Assembly: GCF_009914755.1 (NCBI RefSeq)
Contig: NC_060930.1
DNA from: the human T2T-CHM13v2.0 reference genome, Homo sapiens
Strand: one strand, 5' to 3'
DNA: 64,000 nt
Position 1 is the stretch's first letter. Each line of letters opens with the position of its first letter. Under the pieces are notes generated by a model that ran no database searches, was not told the DNA's origin, and saw nothing but the letters and a program-made list of their open reading frames with translations. The position numbers and the translations under genes were made by a program. Below, piece by piece: positions 53,765-64,000 of this stretch.

Positions 53765-54865
53765 TTAAATGGTATACCCAGTATGCAGACCTTTCTCTCT
53801 CTAATGCCATTCTCAAATAAAAGGAGCCAGGGCTCCTTGGAGAAATGGCTGATTCTAGATGTGCAACAGGGAATACACAAAATAAACCTGGAGCATCTGG
53901 TAGTGTCAGAGAAATAAGAAAGTACTAAAACATGTACACAATCACACACACACGTGCATGTGCACACACACACAGGAAGATGGGGGTATGTCAAAGGGAC
54001 ATTGCAGCCAAAAGAAAGGGCTCTAAATAACCAAAGCTAAAACAATTTGAGCAAGAAAATAAATAGCATAGTATTAGATTATAATCTGAGGTATAAAGTA
54101 AATATCTCTAAGTCTATTCTGATATAAGTAAATGATTGAATACATGAATTGATGGGGGAGGATAGACATATCTCCTGTGCAGCAGTATTCCAAATAATTG
54201 ATGTAGATATTCTGCCCTCAAGGAGATAAGGCATGACTATTCATTCCTTTAGTGTGGGCTTCCCATAATGACTTCTTTCCAAATAGTACAGTATGGAAGT
54301 GAGGGTGAAAGAGTAATTTTACAGTGGAGAAACCTGAAAAACATCACTTTAGCCAGATAACTAAGGATATATCAACAGGGGCAAATCATGTTGAAAGCAT
54401 TTACTCTTGATATGATGTGATAAGAATAGCACTTTACCTCTGTTGTCTCCCTCCCCAAAACATAGTACCCTAGTCTGAGCATGAGGAAAACCGACAAACA
54501 CAAATGGAGGGATATTCTACAAAATATCTGACCAGTACTGTTCAAAACTGCAAAGGTCATCAAAAGCAAGGAAATCTGAGAAATTATCATAGTTTAGAGG
54601 AGCCTGGGGAGATAGGACAACTAAATGTGGTATCATGGATGAGACCCTGGAACATAAAAAGAATAGTAGGTAAAAACTAAGGAAATCTGAATAAAATATG
54701 CCCTTTAATTAATAATCATGTATCGATATTGGTTCCTTAGCTATGGGAAACATACCATACCAATGTGAGATGTTAATAATAGAAGAACTGGTTGTGGGTA
54801 TATGGCAACTCTCTGTACTTTCTTCAAAACCTTTTGGTAAATGTCAAACAGACTTTATTTTAAGA
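53765..54865 (+). mobile_element. L1MC/L1MD-type 3' UTR
   Basis: aaaggagccagggctccttggagaaatggctgattcta, tttacagtggagaaacctg and terminal ggtatatggcaactctctgtact. Confidence 0.8.
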
Positions 54866-57249
54866 AATACAGTGGTACCCAAACAATCTCTGGATGGAAT
54901 GAATCATGTCACTGAGTTTGCCCTGATCTGTTGCCCTGTCTGCATCCTTCAGCTTTCACATGGTAATGGGATGGGAAGGATTCTGTCTGTGACAATAATT
55001 GAGGCATGGGCAAATGTAAGAATGAAAGCTGTAACATTTTAAGTTTCTTATTGAATCATTTGTTGGCTCCAATCAATATACAGTTAGAAATTAGAAAAGA
55101 AAATCTAGAATCAGCATATTTTCTTAAATGATTATTTTGCCTTTTAATTTGTATTTGTTTGTTTAAAAGCCTATAGTCGCATACAACTTGGGAGCTTATG
55201 GAAAAATTGTTAATACTGTTAGTGTATTTTTTTTCAACTCAGGCATATAAAAGATACTATTGCACAGTTATTAAAAACAAAAGAAAAACAAACAATAGCA
55301 ACAAAAAAAGCAGATTGAATTCAGATAAATGTATTAGACCTAATTAGAAATAGCATTAAAAAACAAAGACAAAACAACTAAGAAACAAAAAGCCTAAGAG
55401 AAAACTTTACACTTCTTAGATGGAATCACAGCTGTCCAATGCCAAGACACTAATGCATTCTGCATCAAACAGATTGCAGAGGAAAATACAATCTTATTTT
55501 AGATGCAGTTCAGGTTTTGGGACCATCCCCCACCTTCTGAGGTCATTTGTTTTTTAGTTCATGACATTACATAGACATTGCTCATACCTCATTAAATGCC
55601 AATTGAGTTTAAGTGAGGTAATAAAATTCTTTTTTATTTTTTTATTTTTTGGAATGTCTGTACAGCACATTGAGAGGCATTTCATTTCAGAGTTTAAAAT
55701 ATTTAGTGAGCAGGTGGCTAACTGCCAACTACAACTTACTACTTAACAGCTCTCAGTGAAAAAACTCTGAAGAAATCAACATCAGCAACTCTTACAGCTC
55801 CTTCAGGCCAAGGTTTGTAGGTTTCTAAGTGTGTTAGGAAAAGCCTACGGTATGTGGCAAGGAAATGACATGAGTGAGACGTTAAAGAGCAGATATCAAG
55901 ATCTATGCCAGCATTTGACCTTTCAGCTTGCACCTTTGACTTTTTCTTGTCAATTAATACTCTTGCTGGTTACAGATCATTTTATAACTTGAGATGCAAC
56001 TCTAGACTTGTTTTAGTTCCAAGATGTTGAGGTATTATTATTATTATTATTATTATTACCATTATCAGTTTGTTTTTATTATTAGCTTTACTAGAAGTGG
56101 GACTTTGAGGTCCTCTATTTGAATTTGCTTTGAAAAAGTGGCTCTAGAGGTATTTTTATTCTTCGGATTTCTTTGGCATTTTTCTATTTGCTATTTGTTG
56201 CCGTGTTAATAGAAAAGTGTAATATCTGAAATTGATTGGCAGTGTTTGAAATTATTATCTGTAACAAATTTCTGAAACTCAGTAACTTCAGGAAAACTAC
56301 TAAGAATGACGCTTTACATTCCTTTGTGGAACAACTGAAATAAGATATATATTGCCAAAGAAGATCCTATATACAACCCAAAAATGAATTCACAGATTTT
56401 GTAAACTCTTATTAGGAGTAACACTGGGCGTTTACAAGAGGGCATCTCCATTCTGAAAAAAGCACAGCCTCAGATTCCTAAATTTCATGCTATGCACTGT
56501 TCCATCTTACATGGAGAAATCATGTCAAAAGGAATGGGGGAAATGATCTTAAAGCAACATCTTAATTAAACTGTTTATTAGTCATTGATTTCCTGGCAGG
56601 TTAGAGTTACTTTTTTTTTTTTTTTTTCCACAGTGGAACACCCAATGAAAAGAAACTATCTTAAGAATTATAATAAGTAGGCTAAGATAGGAAGAAAAAA
56701 TATTATTTCCAAGTTTCAGTTGGCATTAAATGACTCTGGTAATACCCTTGGGTCCCAGATGCTACATTATTTTTTTTAAATCAGGGAAGAATGGACTACA
56801 AAATCTCTCCCAGGTCTAAAATTATTTTATTCCATAAACACAGATATTATTACTCTCTACAAAATTGTCAGTTAAGAATAGTCTAAGAGTAGTTAAATCA
56901 CTGTCTGTCATTATCAATAGAAAAAAAATGTGATTCACTTTAATCTATGACAGTATTACCATTCTCTGCCTGCTAATACATCCATTGGTCTTAATTCTGT
57001 TTTTCAAATCTTTTACACAGACTTTTATCAACATTGGAATTTAGATGCAAAGTGTTTCTTGTTTCAGAGATTAGTGAGATATTATTTTTTAAAATTCTTT
57101 TTACCAGGTTTTTGTATTAAAGCAAGTCATGACTAAATTTGCATGCTTGTAAAATTTATTTTCACTTTAAGAAATTTGTTTAGATATTCATTAAGAGAGA
57201 AACTTTGAAATCTGTGGATCCTGAGAGACTTGAGTGTTTCTATAGATCA

Positions 57250-57471
57250 TGCATGCATAACAGGGGTAATATTTTTCCTAAGGGGCAAAAAACGTGTTTT
57301 TGGCAGGCGAGGGGGAATAAAAAAATCATAGCTATTGCAATGGTTTGTGGCCTTATAAAGAGCCTTAGTGCATAAACAAATGTATGTATGACTGTGGCAA
57401 ATTTTATAGAGATTCAAAAAAATGTCCAAAAAGTTTTCTTAGAAAGATGATAATAAAACTCCAAATCACTG
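57250..57471 (+). mobile_element. MER96B-like hAT MITE
   Basis: cctaaggggcaaaaaa, tattgcaatggtttgtggcc and terminal cactg. Confidence 0.6.
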
Positions 57472-58292
57472 AAAAACCAAAGCAATTTAAATGTATTACA
57501 TAGTTTTAAACCCTCAAAAATTTATCTGGGTTAGAAAGCAGAGTGCCAAGTCTCTTCCCAAAGCAAATTAAACTGGCTGAGTTACAAACCTCTCAAAAAT
57601 TGGATTTATAATGAGTATGCAGGCAGATCTTTAACTATAGAGACTCCTGAGAAGACTGAGCTACTCTAACATTCTTTGTGAGCCTAATTGAAACTGATTG
57701 TGGTTGGCACCTTATAATAAACTTTAGTTTAAATGATTTTATCTTGGTTCTAAAAACAGTTTGGCCCCATGTGTTTCTAAAATGTGCAATAAAATTCCTT
57801 TATAATTCAATAAAGATAAGAGATCTACAATGTTGGATTTCTACTATGTTCAACGTCCTTTTAAAATGCAAACATGAACTCAGCCAAAGTGTAGACCACA
57901 AAAGTCATGCCTCTCCATCTTCACCCTATGTGAGTGTGTGTGTGTACTTGGGAATTTCTTTGCTTTTGCTTTCTTACGGGCGAAATCCTTAAGAGAACAT
58001 TCTTTCTTTAATTCTGTATTTAAGCAAAAACTAAGGGAGAATATGACTTGCCATCCTCAAAACTGATTTTATTTTATAAATACTTTCAAGAAAATTAAGA
58101 CTTTTCTATACTTAAAAATCATATTCTGCCATTCATTATTACCAGGAAATAATATTGGATTCTGTTGAAAAGAATGTGTGTCCAATACGTGATCAAGTAG
58201 TTTAATATGGTAGCAATTTACCTTCATGCTATTTATTTTACATGTTTTGCTAATAACAATGGTGATCAACTATACTCTATAAGAAATGTGGT

Positions 58293-58620
<328 letters not shown>

Positions 58621-59564
58621 TTAACAGCATCATTGTAAAATGCTTCTATTATAATGAATCTATCAAGTTCCGATGATCATATGACTTATTTTGCCAACAT
58701 CACTCCATAAGTCATAGCCATGAAAGAATAAGAGGCAAATAAAATGTATTTTGCATCTATGTGCCATACATTTTGCTAAGAGATAATCACATCCAAAAAT
58801 ATGGGGATTGAGTCACAAAATAGGAATTTCAGATAATAGAGCAAATCACTTTAGAAAAATAATGAAAAAGTATTATAGCTCATGTTTACAACCCTGATAT
58901 TAAGACTTATATCACAATTTTTTATTTAAATGAAGGTAAAAATATTTCAAGTTTTGACTTTTTAGTTTAAACCTAGAAAAAAGATAAACCTGTTGAATTT
59001 CTGTTCATGACTTGCAAAAATGGCATGCAGAAGAATAAGGAAAATAGGTAAATAAGTATGAATAAAAAGATAAACTATTAATACAAATATGGACTTCATA
59101 TTCTATTCACAGTTAATAAAATCATCTTTTAAATCTATGCAAGGACAGACCTAGAAACCATATGAGAATCTTGATTTTTTGGAATCTCCAAGAAAATAAA
59201 AATTGTGCAATTAACTGTATTATAACTAAATAATTTTATAAAACATTATAAATAATATTTTTATATAAATTGACTAAAATTTGGTAACAAAATACCTTTG
59301 TAATGATATAACCAATCGCTATGATAAGAAGAAAAACACAACTAAGTAGTTATTAAAACTGCAGATAATTCCACAGAATTTTGCTATGAAATCTTTATTA
59401 CCTCAACAGCTTAGCACAGGCTATAGCAATTTTAGATCAGAAAGTCAGCAGAACTATGTCAGGAGCACCAGACTAGAGTCACTGGCATAAGTGTACTTGC
59501 TACATGCCTGAGTGACATCTGTGGCTTGTTTCTTTGTTTTTAAAGGAGATAGTTGGACTGGATG

Positions 59565-59715
59565 CAAGTTTTTGAAAGCTTTAGACCCTGGTCAACTTTG
59601 AGAAAATTATAAAAGCTATGGAACTGCTCCTCAGAGAACTCTACATGTCCTAAAATATTTCCATTTCAGGAACATTCTGGATATCCTTGAAGCCACTGTT
59701 TAGAATCCTCAGGAC
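59565..59715. mobile_element. Decayed hAT-Charlie MITE (MER117-like), possibly within a MIR remnant
   Basis: ctttgagaaaattataaaagctatggaactgctcctcag and ggatatccttgaagcc. Confidence 0.4.
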
Positions 59716-60583
59716 CATTGGTTCTATGAACTTGGGATTCAACAACCTTGAACTGAGATTATTTTGAAGATTCATCTATGCAATTTATGCTTCTTTGTTT
59801 CTACGCCAAGTTCATTCTAAGTACCATGGATTGCCTCACCTTATATTTTGAAGCAGAGATCAAATGGAATCCTTTTACTTAATTATATTTATGAAACACA
59901 AATAGGCTCCAGCTTACTCAAGGACAAGTAAACCATAAATATATATAACTATGTTAAACTCTATAACTCTTATATGATTCAGGATCACAGATTGGAAAGA
60001 TTGTGTAATTATGACAATTTAATTTCTGGTTTTAAACTTGAATTTTCTTGATTTATAAAATAGAATGTAAAACCACCAAGGCAAGATATATGTGAGATAA
60101 CTGAACACATGCATGCCCACATTCATATATATGTGTGTATAAAAGCCCTCCAGGACATGGTTTTTCATAGGCAAGAGAATATATCCATAAATACATACTT
60201 GTAAACATGCATGTATGAATAAATGTATGTTTATAAATACACATGCATGCATAAATATATACATGCATGTGTGTATGTCCTGTTGGGGGTGCAGGACTTA
60301 GCATAAATGCCTGCTATTGAAGTTCCCTACATAAGGTAGCTTCTGTTGTTTTCAGCAAAGTCCCTGCTAGCATATAAAACACATTGTGCATAATAAAAAA
60401 AAGAGCCCCTTCTGAGTGAATACAAAATACATCAAAAGATATCTGTTTCTCCTAGCTGATACAGGCCAGTACCAGGGGTCAGAACTGGATTTCAGCTCTT
60501 ACTCATGCCTTGAGCTGGCCATTAAAAAATAGATCTGCAAAACAGTGAGCTACTGTTGCTCTGGTTCTTGCTATTTCCTACAT

Positions 60584-60760
60584 CGGTAATCCTCAAAGGA
60601 TGGGCCAGGACCAGCAGCAGCATCACTTGGAAAGTTATTAGAAATGCAGTTCTCAGGCTCCACCTGTCTTACTGAATCAGAAACTTGGACAGAGCCCAGT
60701 AACTGTGTTTAAGAGACCCTCTAGGTGATTCAAACAGCTGCTAAAGTTTAAGAACCACTG
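60584..60760 (+). mobile_element. MER5A (hAT-Charlie MITE), full length
   Basis: accagcagcagcatcacttggaaagttattagaaatgca, tactgaatcagaaac and aagtttaagaaccactg. 8-bp TSD (T/C)CCTACAT at 60576-60583 and 60761-60768. Confidence 0.9.
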
Positions 60761-63700
60761 CCCTACATCACACTCCACTCCCCATTACACCAACAAATGA
60801 TAAGTAGTTAATGAAAGCAGACTCTCTCCTTCACCTTCCTCCTCTTCCTTCCTACTACCTATATTTCTCATTCAAAAAAAATTTACCATGAGCTGCTAAA
60901 GAGAGGTGGGGATATATATGCATTATAAATAAATTATAAATAAATACATGTTAAAATATAGTTAAAATAAAATATGTTTTATTATATAAAATATAACATG
61001 CGTCTCAGCTTAATGTTATATATTTTATTTCTTCTAAGTTTTACAGCCCCTACTGACTACATTAGAATAGTGATAGCTGATTATAATTTCATGGGGACCC
61101 CTCAGATGATCTTCTGACCCTATGATTTTTATCTGTGTCTTTCTGAGCCCTTCTAATAAAGCTCTACCAGTGTGCAGCAGGATCCTTACTGTCAAGTTAC
61201 TCAAATCCCCATCTATAGAGTAAGTCATTTAGGTAGGACTGTAATTTCAGGTTGATCCCAAAGTTTCCCTTCCATGGTCTGGTGTCCTGTGAGGTGTACA
61301 GGCAACTAGGTTGATGTCTTGAAGACATGCAAGAGGTGTAGTGACCAAGGTCAGGGTGATGACTGACTGAAAGCCTTCGAGGTGTGAATTTCTTTCATAA
61401 AGCTGAGTGGAAGAGATGTGCCTTCGTCATTGATTCTGAAACCCCTCCATCCTCAATGAGCCGACTCTAAAGATTGCTGAGTTTCAATTTGCATTATTGA
61501 TGTTAGCTCCTATCCAGTTTTCTTCCCTGTCATCCTCATTTGTTATAAAGAATATAAACTAATACGAGAGTATAGCTTCAATAACACAAAATGAAATAGA
61601 ATGAAACATAAGGAGAATGCTGTGTTTTTTCTAAAACTCTTGTTGGCTGAAAGAAACGTGACGTCTGTCTCCTCAACAACAGAATGTTACAACAGCAGGA
61701 TTTCAGAAGAACCCATTTATTAAATATTTTGTATATTAAACTAGGATTGTTTATAACATAGAAATATAAATGAGAAGTACACAAAGCCCTTCGATAGAAA
61801 AATTGTGAAAAAAACCTCTTACTCCTTTATTTTTAATGTATGAAATGTTTCTGGCACTGCTTGTTTTTAGTAAGCGTTTGTGTTTCAGATTTCTGTGTAT
61901 TATTCTGTATTTTGGAATATTGATAATGGGACTTACCAGTTCTCTCTACTGTTTTATTCTAAAATAACTTTTTAAAAGCCAGGCAATACAATGATATGAG
62001 CTACAAATATGTAGTTTAAGTGCAGTCCATTCTTAATATTGTCTAATAGTCTAGAAATATGTGATGTTTTATGTTACTACAATCAGTAAGTTTCTGTTTG
62101 AAAGGATGTGGGAAGCTCTTCTTTACAGAATGCTAAAAAGGAAAGCTTATTCCTGGCTTCATCACCATTCCTGTTGCCTTTCATATCCCACCCCTCATGC
62201 TGCTTGTTAATTCCACAGAGAACCCATTAGGGTGCCTCACTGTGCGCGGCCTTCAGGTTCAACCTCTGCTCTGCCCGTTCCCTGAATCTACCATCTTCTT
62301 ATCCTAGCCTTCATGCATCTTCAGTTTTGATTATGATTCTTTAATTTAAGACAGTGGTTTAAATGCATCAGTTTTATCAAGGTGATAAGTCTTTGGTACG
62401 TTAAGTGTAAACAGTTGGCTCGAGACTGGGTTAAAAGATTCACCAGGCACCTCCAAGTAGATTTCAAGCAAGGTGTCTCACCATAACCTGGGAAGTTAAG
62501 GATGTTAAATTATTTGATAAATTAAGTCATTAGTACATCCTGGAAAAACTTAATGTCCATTTTCATTAATAATCAGTATTTTTGGTCAGTGTTCCCAGAG
62601 TTGTCTAAATTTCTTTATATATCTAGATGCTGTGCTTTCAACGATTCTGTTCACTCAGAGTCTCTACTCAAAGAGCTGATAATCTTCTCATTTACCAAAG
62701 TTCCTTTAATGTATGAAAAAACATATTGCCAAACAAAAAGATGAGACTCCAATTATTATTGAAATAGCTTTTATCTGATTATAGACACTTAGCCATTTGG
62801 TCCAGTAAAAGTCGCTTTATAGAAAATTTCTGAACTGTTCAAATATTACCATTCCTAAAATTTCAACAGCTTAACTTAGGAAGAACTTTAATATATTAAC
62901 CTTCCCAAATGACATGCCATTTTAAAAAGGGATTTTAAATGAATGCCTGAGATGAGAATTGAAGACCATGTGGCAAGTCCATAAGGAATACGCATTTGAA
63001 TAGTTGGACTGCCCATTTTCCGGCACTCACAGCTGTAATTGTTAGTAACTTTTTATAAAAAAGTAATGTCCATTTTTATCAAAGGGAAACACTCACATCC
63101 TTGCCTATCGGTGATCATTCTCTTTTTACCTTTATATTTCTTATTTCCTGTTTAGAAGCAAATGAAGGATTATGGAGTTTTGCAATATTAGGACTAGGTG
63201 ACAGCTCAGAAAATATCTGTTCCAAGTGTATTAAGTCCCAGGGGTGTATTGCCCATGGTCAGAGAGGAAATTAAGACTGCTGACATAGCACCATATCTTC
63301 TCCATAGGTCCATTTCTCTCTCCTTTATACTTTGACACCTTTTAAGTTTTATTGAATAAACATGAAAAGCCAAGTGACTTTGTTTTTCTAACTTTGAAGA
63401 GTTATTCAGAGTGATGTTTGTTTACGTTCTTGGTGTTAATGACAATGTCGGATAATACTACTCTAGAAATTCCCTAAGTAACTTTACCACCATATATAGT
63501 GCATTGTGCATCACTTCAGTTGAGAGAAAAGTATGACTAATGCAGCATGCATCAAAATTAATTCTGTCAGGAACTACTGTGTATGAGTCACAGAAGCCAC
63601 AATACTGTATTTAGAATAATAATAAGACAAGGAATAATGGCATCCTAAAATTTAATGAGGTAGTTTAGTTTAAATGTACACTGTTAGTTTGTGTCAACCT

Positions 63701-63973
63701 ACTGCCCATTGCAAGCAGCACATTTTTTTAACAACCTTGTGCAATGGGGCTGTAAATTACTATAATTAAATTAAGCCATAACCGTATCCAGGCAATATGA
63801 GGTATTTGTACTTTGTTTCTGTAATCATATTATCTGCTCAGAACAGAAATTACAATGAAAAAAAGAAAACAAACATTATCATCCATGTCATTTGTAATTT
63901 TTCAAGAAGAAAGCAAAGCTATGTTTGAGATTATCCACCCATTTTCCAGGTACATCTATCACAAATCCCTTGC

Positions 63974-63997
63974 CTTATCATTTAACTTATCATTTAA
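63974..63997. repeat. Perfect 12-bp tandem duplication
   Basis: CTTATCATTTAA twice. Confidence 0.9.
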
Positions 63998-64000
63998 CAC

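Overview
AT-rich, CpG-depleted primate genomic DNA, most likely human or hominoid given the AluY, THE1 and L1PA content. It looks like a large intron or intergenic region. I cannot support any protein-coding gene, RNA gene or CpG island. Where I could trace the ORF-track entries, they come from L1, Alu or ERV-L remnants or from low-complexity sequence; the rest look like chance ORFs. A large fraction of the window is recognisable interspersed repeat: seven Alu elements or fragments, several L1s (two with 5' inversions), L2, MIR and CR1 fossils, MaLR LTRs, a decayed ERV-L provirus and hAT MITEs. Subfamily names are from my recall of consensus sequences, not from a search, and the boundaries of ancient repeats are approximate. 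The most notable unexplained structures are: (1) a ~120-bp inverted copy of nearby flanking DNA inserted into an old L1 between 11-bp direct repeats; (2) a strong 3' splice site immediately followed by two donor motifs, i.e. a recursive-splice-site or 14-nt microexon candidate at 13381; (3) a twin-primed L1PA with an unusually large internal deletion; and (4) a possible hAT transposase relic. I found no convincing novel multi-gene system.
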